Source: Candidatus Cloacimonadales bacterium
Lineage (GTDB): Bacteria; Cloacimonadota; Cloacimonadia; Cloacimonadales; JAIOQZ01
Assembly: GCA_963662655.2 (NCBI GenBank)
Contig: CAXXTU010000002.1
Location: 672,001 to 736,000, forward strand
Length of the DNA stretch: 64,000 bases
Direction: 5' to 3'
The notes beneath the pieces were generated by a model. The model was not told the DNA's origin, did no database searches, and saw nothing but the letters and a program-made list of their open reading frames with translations. The translations under genes were made by a program, and so were the position numbers. Shown here one piece after another: positions 8,281 through 18,068 of this stretch (position 1 is the stretch's first letter; each line of letters opens with the position of its first letter).

Positions 8281-11019
8281 TTATTTCGTTTGATCATCTT
8301 CGATTGCTGCCTGAGCGGCTGCGAGACGTGCGATCGGCACGCGGTATGGGGAACAGCTCACGTAATTCATGCCCACGCGGTGGCAGAACTTGACGGATGA
8401 CGGTTCGCCGCCGTGCTCGCCACAGATACCGACCTTGAGGTCCGGACGTACAGAGCGTCCCTTCTTCGTTCCCATCTCGACAAGCTGGCCAACGCCTTCC
8501 TGGTCGAGAACCTGGAACGGATCGTGCGCAAGGATACCCTTCGAGGTATAAACCGGCAGGAATTTGCCGGCATCGTCGCGCGAGTAACCGAAGGTCATCT
8601 GGGTGAGGTCGTTGGTACCGAAGCTGAAGAACTCGGCGTGCTCTGCGATCAGATCGGCAGTGAGCGCAGCGCGAGGGATCTCGATCATCGTACCGATGAG
8701 GTATTCGAGGCGGCGTCCGGCCTTCTCGAATTCTTCTTCAGCCACGCGTTCGATAATCTCTTCCTGCATGATGAACTCTTCCTTGGTACCGATAAGCGGA
8801 ACCATGATTTCCGGGAACACCTTGATGCCCTTGGCAGAAACGTTCAGCGCGGCTTCGATGATCGCGCGCGCTTGCATTTCGGTTATTTCTGGGTAGGTGA
8901 TGCCCAGGCGGCATCCACGGTGACCGAGCATCGGGTTGAATTCAGCCAGCGAATCGACGATGCTTCTGACTTTGTCCACGGAGATTCCGAGTTCGTCGGC
9001 CATCTCTTTCTGGTTCTCTTCCTCGTGAGGTACGAACTCGTGGAGCGGCGGGTCCAGAAGACGAATGGTCACTGGAAGTCCGTCCATCGCTTCGAAGATG
9101 CCTTCGAAGTCTTCGCGCTGGATGGGCAGAAGCTTGTCGAGGGCTTTGCGGCGTCCTTCTTCGGTCTCGGCGAGGATCATCTCGCGCACGGCCTTAATGC
9201 GGTCGCCTTCGAAGAACATGTGCTCGGTACGGCAAAGGCCGATACCCTGCGCGCCGAATCCGCGAGCGACTTTCGAATCGCGCGGCGTGTCGGCATTGGT
9301 GCGGACGTACATGCGGGTGTATTTGTCGCTGAGATCCATGATCTTACCGAAATCTCCGCTGAGCTCGGGATCGCGGGTCTCGACTTTACCTTCGTAGACA
9401 ACACCGGTGGAGCCGTTCAGGGATATCCAATCGCCTTCCTTGAAGGTCTTGCCGTCGGCTTCCATGGTGCGGGTCTTGTAGTTGATCTTGATTCCGCCTG
9501 CGCCGGAGACGCAGCACTTGCCCATGCCGCGAGCTACCACAGCCGCGTGCGAGGTCATACCGCCGCGCGCGGTGAGGATACCTGCCGCGACGTTCATGCC
9601 GCGAAGGTCTTCAGGGGAGGTCTCGATACGCACGAGAACAACCTGCTTGCCTCCTGCGACCCATTCTTCGGCTTCGTCTGCGAAGAACACGATCTGGCCG
9701 GTTGCAGCGCCTGGCGAGGCCGGCAGACCCTTGGCGATCGCGGTTGCTTTCGCGAGGGCGTCGAGATCGAATACCGGGTGAAGCAGCTCGTCAAGCTTAT
9801 TGGGTTCGACGCGCATGAGGGCGGTCTTCTCGTCGATGTATTTCTGATCGAGCATGTCGATGGCGATCTTGACCATCGCAGCGCCGGTACGCTTTCCGTT
9901 ACGGGTCTGGAGCAGCCAGAGCTTGCCGTCCTGGATGGTGAATTCCAGGTCCTGCATGTCTTTGTAATGATCTTCAAGCTTCTGTTGGGTGGCGTCGAGT
10001 TCCTTGTAAACTTCCGGCATCACTTCTTCGAGTGACGGGAATTTCGCCTTGCGCTCGGCTTCTTCGATGTTCTGAAGTTTCGCCCAGCGACGTGAGCCCT
10101 CGGCTGTGATCTGCTGCGGTGTACGGATACCCGCCACTACGTCTTCGCCCTGCGCGTTGATCAGGAATTCGCCGTTGAAGATGTCTTCGCCGGTTCCGGC
10201 GTCACGGGTGAAAGCAACGCCTGTCGCGCTGTTGTCGCCCATGTTTCCGTAGACCATCGACTGCACGTTTACCGCGGTTCCCCAGCTTTCGGGGATGTGG
10301 TTGAGCTGACGATACAGGATCGCGCGCTCGTTCATCCAGCTATTGAACACGGCGAAAACCGCGCCCCAGAGCTGATCCCACGGGTTGGTCGGGAAGTCCT
10401 TGCCTGTGTTTTCTTTCACGGCTTTCTTGAAGCGTGTGACCAGTTCCTTGAGGTCGTCGGTGGTGAGGTCGATGTCTTCTTCGACACCCTTTTCTTCCTT
10501 CACCGCTTCGATGATCTCTTCAAACGGATCGATGTCTTCCTTCGAAACCGGTTTCATATCGAGAACAACGTCGCCGTACATCTGCACGAAGCGACGATAG
10601 GAATCCCAAGCGAAGCGGTCGTTGCCGCTCTTTTTCGCGAGACCTTCCACCACCTCTTCATTGAGTCCGAGGTTGAGAACGGTGTCCATCATGCCGGGCA
10701 TGGAAACGCGTGCGCCGGAGCGAACCGAGAGCAGAAGCGGATTGACGGCGTCTCCGAATTTCATTCCCATGATTGCTTCGGTTGCCGTGATCGCCTTCTT
10801 TACAGCCGGCTCAAGCAGTTCTTTCACTTTATCCTGGCCGAGTGTATTGTATTCGGTGCATACTTCGGTTGTAATCGTAAATCCAGCCGGAACAGGAACG
10901 CCAATCAGGTTCATCTCGGCGAGGTTGGCCCCCTTGCCGCCCAGCAGGTTCTTCATTCCGGTGCTGCCTTCAGCTTGCCCATTACCGAAAAGGTAAATTC
11001 GTTTGCGGTCTTCGTTCAT
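8281..11019 (-). CDS. ppdK: Pyruvate, phosphate dikinase
   Basis: LLGGKGANLAEM, SVRSGARVSMPGMMDT, GGMTSHAAVVAR, FSFGTNDLTQ, GICGEHGG. Confidence 0.97.
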   Translation of the reverse strand: MNEDRKRIYLFGNGQAEGSTGMKNLLGGKGANLAEMNLIGVPVPAGFTITTEVCTEYNTLGQDKVKELLEPAVKKAITATEAIMGMKFGDAVNPLLLSVRSGARVSMPGMMDTVLNLGLNEEVVEGLAKKSGNDRFAWDSYRRFVQMYGDVVLDMKPVSKEDIDPFEEIIEAVKEEKGVEEDIDLTTDDLKELVTRFKKAVKENTGKDFPTNPWDQLWGAVFAVFNSWMNERAILYRQLNHIPESWGTAVNVQSMVYGNMGDNSATGVAFTRDAGTGEDIFNGEFLINAQGEDVVAGIRTPQQITAEGSRRWAKLQNIEEAERKAKFPSLEEVMPEVYKELDATQQKLEDHYKDMQDLEFTIQDGKLWLLQTRNGKRTGAAMVKIAIDMLDQKYIDEKTALMRVEPNKLDELLHPVFDLDALAKATAIAKGLPASPGAATGQIVFFADEAEEWVAGGKQVVLVRIETSPEDLRGMNVAAGILTARGGMTSHAAVVARGMGKCCVSGAGGIKINYKTRTMEADGKTFKEGDWISLNGSTGVVYEGKVETRDPELSGDFGKIMDLSDKYTRMYVRTNADTPRDSKVARGFGAQGIGLCRTEHMFFEGDRIKAVREMILAETEEGRRKALDKLLPIQREDFEGIFEAMDGLPVTIRLLDPPLHEFVPHEEENQKEMADELGISVDKVRSIVDSLAEFNPMLGHRGCRLGITYPEITEMQARAIIEAALNVSAKGIKVFPEIMVPLIGTKEEFIMQEEIIERVAEEEFEKAGRRLEYLIGTMIEIPRAALTADLIAEHAEFFSFGTNDLTQMTFGYSRDDAGKFLPVYTSKGILAHDPFQVLDQEGVGQLVEMGTKKGRSVRPDLKVGICGEHGGEPSSVKFCHRVGMNYVSCSPYRVPIARLAAAQAAIEDDQTK

Positions 11020-11404
11020 GAAAGTTCCTCCTTGTGATCTATCTGTGTATATACTTCTGATTCTTATACGAAATTATTTCTTTGCATCATGACCCTAAAA
11101 GTTCCGAATGGTCATTCATGTCAAATCAAAATTAGAAGTAGATTTTCAGTCAATTCTAACGATTATGGAATTGCTGATTGTGTCGTCGCTTAGACAAAAC
11201 TGCCCGGTACGACATCTGGATGATTTACAGGTATAACGCAGAATTGCCTTCTTTGTTTCAACATCCGGCTGATGAATATAACGATTGAATGAACCTGTTG
11301 TAATGAAATTCTGTAACAGTCCAGACTTGGGGTGTCGTTTCAGTTCCAAAATCCGTAATGTGTTTGAGAATAATCCATTGATAAAGTAACCTGCAATTTC
11401 AATC

Positions 11405-11433
11405 TTGACAAAAAATATTGTAATGGATATAAT
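11405..11433 (+). promoter_or_regulatory. Consensus sigma70 promoter upstream of the GNAT gene
   Basis: TTGACA-17 nt-TATAAT, perfect match. Confidence 0.8.
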
Positions 11434-11598
11434 AAAAATACGACTCTCCCAACGATGTACTCACGGAGAATTTACCAATGCGGCGGTCATGGCAACCTCA
11501 CTGCTTCAGGCGGGAATTGCTTCCCGGATCATTAGAGAGTATGGTTATCAATCGATATGTTCAAGAGCTATTATACATTATGTGGAGTACGAGCTAAA

Positions 11599-12177
11599 AT
11601 GAAATATAAAGACTATTTCAAACAAGTACCGGTTCTTGAATCGGAGCGCCTTCTTCTTCGTCCATTCCGAGACGAGGACATTGATCAGTATCTTGGGTTC
11701 TTCCGAGAGGAGGAAGTTCAAAGGTATCTTGGATCGATTTTGATACCCAAAGATCGGGAGGATGCTATGCGCTGGATACGAAATTTGAATGGGCGATGCT
11801 TGAAATCGGGCTTGGTGTTCACATGGTGCATCGAATGGAAAGAAAGCGGTGGAGTTATTGGACGGTGTGATCTTGGGGGATTTGTGAGGAAATCGATGGC
11901 AGAAGTGTCTTATTACTTATCCCCTGACATGTGGAAAAAGGGTATCATTACGGAGGCTCTGAAGCTTGTTCTTTCTTTTGGATTCGAGGATCTGAAACTA
12001 AACCGGATTCAGGCGTGTGTCCTTCCCGAGAACGCAGCTTCTCTTCGTGTCCTTGAGAAGAACGGATTTCGGCGGGAAGGTTTGCTCAGGCAATACGATT
12101 ACGGCAAGGAATTCCATGACGTCCTCATGTATTCCATCATAGCGCAAGAATTCCTGCCTGAGAAAGAAACTGTTTGA
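11599..12177 (+). CDS. RimJ/RimL-type GNAT N-acetyltransferase
   Basis: LESERLLLRP, AEVSYYL...W.KGI.TEAL, N.ASLRVLEKNGFRREGLLR. Confidence 0.88.
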   Translation: MKYKDYFKQVPVLESERLLLRPFRDEDIDQYLGFFREEEVQRYLGSILIPKDREDAMRWIRNLNGRCLKSGLVFTWCIEWKESGGVIGRCDLGGFVRKSMAEVSYYLSPDMWKKGIITEALKLVLSFGFEDLKLNRIQACVLPENAASLRVLEKNGFRREGLLRQYDYGKEFHDVLMYSIIAQEFLPEKETV

Positions 12178-12231
12178 TTGATGCTTCATCTGATTCGGAA
12201 AAGAAAAGTTCCATTGCTTGAGACGCGGGGT

Positions 12232-15200
12232 TCAATCCTCCTCATCCAATAACAACTCTCTGTACTTCGCGGCTTCGTTGAACATATCGAGTCTCTCCAG
12301 AACTTCCACCAGCGATTGCAGGGAATCTTGCGTATAGGGATGCTTCACGCCCAGCGCTCTCATGAAGACATTGAAGCCTCGGATAATGAGTTCGATTCCT
12401 GAATCGGGTTGGTTGCCAGTCGCTTGCAGGATACCGAGATTGATCATGCTCATGGCGGTATCCGGGTGATTCTCGCCATAGACTCTCGACCAAGTCTCAA
12501 AGGCTTTCTGGTAATGCTCGAGTGCTTTTGTTTTATCGCCGATCGTATCGTAAATGACCCCGAGATTGTTATGGTACGTTGCGGTCTCCGGGTGCTTGTT
12601 TCCTTGCGTTTTCTGCTGGATTCCTAGGGCTTTAAGGTGCTGCTCGAGCGCTTTCTCGTGATTCTCCATCGCTTCGTGAATGATTCCCAGATTGTTCAAG
12701 TACTTCGCAGTCTCCGGGTGATTCTCGCCCACGGCTTCGACCTGGATATCATACGCTTTCTGGTAGTATTCAAGCGCCAGGTCGATATCCCCTTGGGCGT
12801 CGTGGATGATCCCAATATTGTTGTAGCATCTTGCCATTGCGGCATCGTGCTCGTTCAGCTTCATCTGAATCGCCTGTGCCTGCTTGAAATAGTCCAGCGC
12901 TTCGTCGTACCTGCCCATGGAGTCCAGCACGATTCCCGTGTGGCTCAGGCTGATCACGATTTGATAATGCGCTTCTCCCAACTCCTGCTGCCTTATTTTC
13001 AGCGCCTTGAGGTTGTACGCAAGCGCTTTATCGTAGTTGCTCACCGTGTGATGAATGCTTGCTATTTCCACATAGAATTTGGCTGTTACGATATTGTTTT
13101 TGCCGTGATTTCCGATACTGAGCTCGAGTCCTCTTTCATATAGAGACAGGCTCTTCTGATATTGGAAAATCTCGTTGCTATAGTTAGCTGCGCGGCTGTA
13201 GTAATGGATTGCCTGTTTCCAGTTACCGGCTTTGTCGTAGTGGATGGCGATCTCCTCCGCGTGTTTACCGAGCTTTTCGGCAAAAACTCTTTCCATTGCT
13301 TCCGCGGCGATCCGATGCAGCTTGTGAAGCTTGGATGTGATCATCCGCTGGTAGATGATATCCCGGATGAGAATGTGCGAGAAGATGTAGCGAATCTCGT
13401 CCAGATCGCGCCATATCCTGTTGCGCACGCCTTCCTGAAGCTCCTCGTGCGGTTCGGCGCGCAACATGTTCGAAAGAACCTGAATGTTGAATTCCATTCC
13501 CAGCACGCTGGCGTTGTTCACGCACTCGCGTACATTCTGGGTGAGGCGATCCAGGCGACTGCTCACGATATCGATGATGTTGAATGTGCTGAAATAACCG
13601 ATCTCGGAAACGATTTTTCCGTGCACGTCCACGATGCCGTTCTCACGGAGATACGTGGTGATCTGCTCGATGAACAGCGGGTTTCCCATTGATTTCTCGC
13701 GGACGAGTTTCAGCGTCCTGAATGGAACGCGCTCCACACTCAGCAGGTTTGAGACCAACTCAACATTCTCATCGTCCCGCATGATGTCGAGTTCAATGTC
13801 GATTCTCTCGTGCTTCGCGAGCTTAAACTCGACCATGCTTCCGTCGGAATTGTAGCGGCAGGGCGAAACAACGATGAATGGCGCGATCTCCGCGTCGCTG
13901 AGTAGCTGGAGGATCCTACGGCTTTCCTGATCGATCCACTGGCCGTCGTCAAGCAGAACGACAACCGGCTTTTCCAGACACAGTTTTCTGAAGAATTGAA
14001 TATTCGCCCCGCGTAACTGACGCGGTTTCTCGGAAGCAGGGAGCAAGCTCCACACGGAATCGGGCCACTTGTAGCCGAGAAGATACGCGATCATCGATTC
14101 GATGCGCTCGATCTCGTGATCGCCGCCGGCAAAGGTTTCCCAGGCAGTTCGAAATTCATCGATCTGCTCGTCTAGGTTTGTCGAAGTCGAAACGGCGAAG
14201 TATTGTCTCAACATCTGTGTCACAACAGACCACGCGGGTTGCGTGAAGGCGTCGCATTTCGTGTGAAAGAAGTGGTATTCTCCTGCCTCGTGACGCGATA
14301 AAGCTTCGCGAGCCAGTCGGCTTTTTCCGATGCCGGGATCGCCCGAGATATAGATCACCTCGTTCCGTTTCTGCGACAACGCGCTATCGACATGCGATAT
14401 AAGCTTTTCAATCTCCTCTTTGCGGCCGATGAATTTGCTCTCCTGAAAGGTGGCGATAATCTCGATCCGCCGCATTAACCGGTAATGTCGTATGGGATCG
14501 GACAGCCCTTTGAGGTTCAGTTTCCCCAGGTAGCTGAACGAGAAATCATTGTGCAGATTCTGCCAGAGGTAGGTGTCGGCGATGATTTCACCAGCCTGCG
14601 CGATTTCCATCAGCCGGGCAGAAAGGTTGACCGGATGCCCGAGCGCGGTGTATTCACGGGTCGCGCCGCTACCGATGTATCCGGCGAACACGGAGCCGCA
14701 ACTGATCCCGCAGGCGATTTCCGGTATCTCGTCGATTGCCTCCAGCGCGAAGTTGCATATCCTTTCCAGCGTATTGCCGGCCGAGCGGGGGATGCCGAAC
14801 AGAAAAATCGCGATGAGTCCCTTGTCGGTCGCGTCGAGCTTATTGATGAATCCACCGTATTTATCAGCCAACCGCGCGAATTTCTCGATGGTTTCTTCGA
14901 TCGACTCTTCCGGTATGTCTTGCAGATTCGCGAAGCTGAAGGCCGCGCTGCGGATTTCGTTGGCAGGCTTCTCGTTGCGAAGCGACGCGTGGAGGAAATC
15001 GCTCCTTGTATCGCTTTGGATATTGAACTGAAGAGGCTGTGGGGCAAGTTCGAATGCAAATGGCGTGTCCCTTGGGGAATAACCTGATGGAGACTCCTCG
15101 AAACGCTCCACGCCGATGGAACGAACAGCCTCGGGTGAGAAGATGATGTCCTCTTTGCGTTGAGAGAGCTGCGCCATTTCACGAAGCGTATCGCCATAGA

Positions 15201-15633
15201 ATACATACTCGTTCTGGACATCGTTCCGGAATATACGCCAGGAGATTTTCCCCAGAACTACCGTCTGCCTGATTTTCACATCGAAGTCGCCAAGCAGGGT
15301 ATGAAAGCGGTTGTGCTTCTCGAAATGATTGCGGATCGAAGTAACGGCCTTCAAGATGCTCTCCGGTCTTGCGTTAGGGAAGATCGCGCACACTGCGTCA
15401 CCTGCGAAAACACTGACGAATCCGCCGTTGGCTTCGCTGATGGAAATGGGGATGTGGAACACTTCATCCAGAAATCGGCTCAATGCCTCCGCGCCTTCCT
15501 TGCCTCGCCGCTGCAAGGATGTCGCAATGCTTGTAAATCCTGCGATATCCGTCAGTAACGCGTACCCGTCGAGCGTTCCATGCAGGTTCCCCTGCTCGTA
15601 TTGTTGCAGTATAAACGACGGTGTATAGCGCAT
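12232..15633 (-). CDS. Tandem class III nucleotidyl cyclase domains + P-loop AAA/STAND ATPase + TPR repeats
   Basis: TDIAGFT...FAGDA; EYTALGHPVNLSARLM; GDPGIGKSRL; LDDGQWID; SMGNPLFIEQ; repeated HPETA..(L/H)NNLG TPRs. Confidence 0.88.
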   Translation of the reverse strand: MRYTPSFILQQYEQGNLHGTLDGYALLTDIAGFTSIATSLQRRGKEGAEALSRFLDEVFHIPISISEANGGFVSVFAGDAVCAIFPNARPESILKAVTSIRNHFEKHNRFHTLLGDFDVKIRQTVVLGKISWRIFRNDVQNEYVFYGDTLREMAQLSQRKEDIIFSPEAVRSIGVERFEESPSGYSPRDTPFAFELAPQPLQFNIQSDTRSDFLHASLRNEKPANEIRSAAFSFANLQDIPEESIEETIEKFARLADKYGGFINKLDATDKGLIAIFLFGIPRSAGNTLERICNFALEAIDEIPEIACGISCGSVFAGYIGSGATREYTALGHPVNLSARLMEIAQAGEIIADTYLWQNLHNDFSFSYLGKLNLKGLSDPIRHYRLMRRIEIIATFQESKFIGRKEEIEKLISHVDSALSQKRNEVIYISGDPGIGKSRLAREALSRHEAGEYHFFHTKCDAFTQPAWSVVTQMLRQYFAVSTSTNLDEQIDEFRTAWETFAGGDHEIERIESMIAYLLGYKWPDSVWSLLPASEKPRQLRGANIQFFRKLCLEKPVVVLLDDGQWIDQESRRILQLLSDAEIAPFIVVSPCRYNSDGSMVEFKLAKHERIDIELDIMRDDENVELVSNLLSVERVPFRTLKLVREKSMGNPLFIEQITTYLRENGIVDVHGKIVSEIGYFSTFNIIDIVSSRLDRLTQNVRECVNNASVLGMEFNIQVLSNMLRAEPHEELQEGVRNRIWRDLDEIRYIFSHILIRDIIYQRMITSKLHKLHRIAAEAMERVFAEKLGKHAEEIAIHYDKAGNWKQAIHYYSRAANYSNEIFQYQKSLSLYERGLELSIGNHGKNNIVTAKFYVEIASIHHTVSNYDKALAYNLKALKIRQQELGEAHYQIVISLSHTGIVLDSMGRYDEALDYFKQAQAIQMKLNEHDAAMARCYNNIGIIHDAQGDIDLALEYYQKAYDIQVEAVGENHPETAKYLNNLGIIHEAMENHEKALEQHLKALGIQQKTQGNKHPETATYHNNLGVIYDTIGDKTKALEHYQKAFETWSRVYGENHPDTAMSMINLGILQATGNQPDSGIELIIRGFNVFMRALGVKHPYTQDSLQSLVEVLERLDMFNEAAKYRELLLDEED

Positions 15634-15706
15634 TCAGCCTCCCGGTCAATGATTCGGATTCAGGTTCAAAATTCCGTGGCCGGAGCTGGTGTCAAGGGAA
15701 AACCGG

Positions 15707-18064
15707 TTACGATTTGCCCATGTACTTCTCCAGGAATTTCAGATATTCCGCCAGGAGATGGAGATGCGTTTCCCGCGCTCGATAGCTGTGATCTTCGAGG
15801 GGAAGCTGGATGTATCGGCATATCCCGCCCAGTTGTGAAATCGCGTCGAAGAGACGCTCGCTTTGCATGGGATAGGTTCCCGAATTGGTGTCTTCCATGC
15901 TGTGGATGAGAAGCAGCGGCTCGTTGATCTGATCCGCATAGAGGAAGGGGGAGACGTTCAGGTACAGATCGCGGTTCTCCCAGAGCGTTCTGCGCTCGCT
16001 CTGGAATCCGAAAGGTGTTAATGTACGATTATAAGCTCCGTTCTTCGCGATTCCGCAAGCGAATTTATCGCTGTGAGCCAACAGATTCACCACCATGAAA
16101 GCGCCGTAGCTGTGACCCATGACGGCCACGCGCCGGGGATCGATAATGCCCAGGCTGTCCAGGTAACTCACGGCGGCTTCCGCGCTGGATGTCATCTGCT
16201 GGATAAAGGTCTCGTTGACGGTCTCGGGATCGCCGATAATCGCGATTTTCGCTCCGTCGAGAACGACATATCCCTGCATACACAGGTAGAGTGGGGATTC
16301 TCCCCAGAGCCAGGTGTAGCGATTCTCGCGATTGACGCTCTGGCTCGCTACGTCCTCACCGGTGTACTCCTCCGGATAGGCGGTCATGATCATCGGGTAG
16401 CGCTTTCCCGGCTGGTAATCGGGTGGAAGGTAGAGCATTCCATCCAGATCGATGCCGTCGTCGCGTTTGTAGCGAACGAGTCGCTTCTCCAGTTGATTTG
16501 CCTCGCGGAAGGGATCGTCGAAGTCCGTCAACTGGCGCGAGGTATCGTCCTGGAAGGAATAGAGAAAATAGTTCGGGGCCTGGGATGGGGATTCGCTACG
16601 GTAGACAATTTCATTAAATCCGCGATAGAATCCGGTCGGTCGTTGATAGGCGTCCGTGGATGACTGCCAGATGCGTTCCTTTTCCCACGTATCGAGGTTG
16701 ACCTTGTCGACAAAGGGGAAGGTGCCGTCTTCCCGATAGCCCATGCCATCGAGGTAGATCGAATGATCGTTGAGGAGGACGACAGAGTTTCCGTGCTCGT
16801 CATTAACCATGACGAGGTTGCCGGGATCGCGGTATTTCTCGGAGACGCTGAAATCGTAGTAGACGTGCTTGTCCCCGGTTTCCAGATTCAGGTGGTAAAT
16901 CGTTTTCCAACGCTTCTTCCAGTCATATTCGTAAACGATGATCTGGTCCCGGGAGATGAAATCCGTACCCTGGAACCGTTTCACCGTACGAAGGTATTCC
17001 TGCGCCGGCTCCGGGTAGTCGCGATACACCAGTTTATCACGGTACTCGACTTCCATATCAGGATCGCCGCCGTCGAGCGTCTCCGGCATGAGCATCCTGT
17101 GAGGATAGAACGGGTGCCAGTAAATGTAGCGATGTCCCGTCTGTACTCCGCCGAGGGGGAGGTTTTCACGCGTGGGCTGTTGAACGAGGGTTTCGAGGCT
17201 TTTTCCCTTGCTGTCCCACATCTCGTAGCGGAACGGAAATCCCCAATAGGGCAGCTTGCGCGAGAAAGGTTTGTCGATCAGGCGAAGAAGAATATACTTG
17301 CCGTCGGGTGAAGGCTGGATGCTTCGGATCAAACCCGGCTCGCCGAAAGGTTTGCTCTTGCCATTTCTGGCGTTGATTTTTACGAGCTGCGTCATGCCGT
17401 AAAAGGTGAAGAGTTCATCGTCGAATTCGTTGTTCAAGAGGTGGCGGAAGGTGCGCATCTGCTTCTTCTCGCCATTGGATTCGAATACGATGGGGCCAAC
17501 CGGCAAAACCGGCGGAGAAGGAGGATTGGTGTAACCTTCGGGAACGGTTCTCAGGAGGAAATTCTCTCCATCCGGAAGCCAGATGAATTCGGAATCGAAG
17601 GCCTGGTTGCATTCTCCGGTATAGATCGGATCGATAGCTCCGGTCTTGCTGTCCCATCTCCATACGGTAATGCGATCCGGTTCGTACTGGTTCATTACGG
17701 CATAGCGCTCATCCGGCGAGAACGACGCACCTCCGAAGTAACCGTTGAGACCCAAATCGGTGATTTCTCCGGTGGCGATATCCATGACGCGAGGGTTTTT
17801 GAGGAAGGAGCTGCGAATGTGCGCGCGATTCTGCGGTGTGATCTCGATTCCCGCGAGCTCGAATTTCTCCAGCGCCAGAAGCTCCAGGGGCATGTAGCTT
17901 TCACGGTCGTAGATCATGAGTTTTCCTGATTTTTCCAGGTAGTTGACGACGGGCGGCCGCGGTCGGTCGAAAATCTCGACGATGTCTTCGGAAGGCAATT
18001 CGTAAGGTATCTGGGCGGAGAGAATTGCTGCCCAAAGCGCGCAAAACGTAATGAACCATTTCAT
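15707..18064 (-). CDS. Secreted S9 family (prolyl oligopeptidase / glutamyl peptidase-like) peptidase
   Basis: GHSYGAFM nucleophile, GAYNRTLTPFGFQSERR, Asp (D.NSGT) and His (EDHSY). Confidence 0.88.
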   Translation of the reverse strand: MKWFITFCALWAAILSAQIPYELPSEDIVEIFDRPRPPVVNYLEKSGKLMIYDRESYMPLELLALEKFELAGIEITPQNRAHIRSSFLKNPRVMDIATGEITDLGLNGYFGGASFSPDERYAVMNQYEPDRITVWRWDSKTGAIDPIYTGECNQAFDSEFIWLPDGENFLLRTVPEGYTNPPSPPVLPVGPIVFESNGEKKQMRTFRHLLNNEFDDELFTFYGMTQLVKINARNGKSKPFGEPGLIRSIQPSPDGKYILLRLIDKPFSRKLPYWGFPFRYEMWDSKGKSLETLVQQPTRENLPLGGVQTGHRYIYWHPFYPHRMLMPETLDGGDPDMEVEYRDKLVYRDYPEPAQEYLRTVKRFQGTDFISRDQIIVYEYDWKKRWKTIYHLNLETGDKHVYYDFSVSEKYRDPGNLVMVNDEHGNSVVLLNDHSIYLDGMGYREDGTFPFVDKVNLDTWEKERIWQSSTDAYQRPTGFYRGFNEIVYRSESPSQAPNYFLYSFQDDTSRQLTDFDDPFREANQLEKRLVRYKRDDGIDLDGMLYLPPDYQPGKRYPMIMTAYPEEYTGEDVASQSVNRENRYTWLWGESPLYLCMQGYVVLDGAKIAIIGDPETVNETFIQQMTSSAEAAVSYLDSLGIIDPRRVAVMGHSYGAFMVVNLLAHSDKFACGIAKNGAYNRTLTPFGFQSERRTLWENRDLYLNVSPFLYADQINEPLLLIHSMEDTNSGTYPMQSERLFDAISQLGGICRYIQLPLEDHSYRARETHLHLLAEYLKFLEKYMGKS

Positions 18065-18068
18065 ATAA

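Noticed and set aside
8413..10035. 540-aa plus-strand ORF and similar long antisense ORFs (e.g. 34781-35896, 39675-40832, 57671-58888)
   Set aside because: Shadows of well-conserved genes on the opposite strand, caused by codon bias; no motifs.
11146..11400. AT-rich minus-strand ORF fragment upstream of ppdK
   Set aside because: Possibly a gene remnant, but no recognisable motif, start or RBS to support a call.
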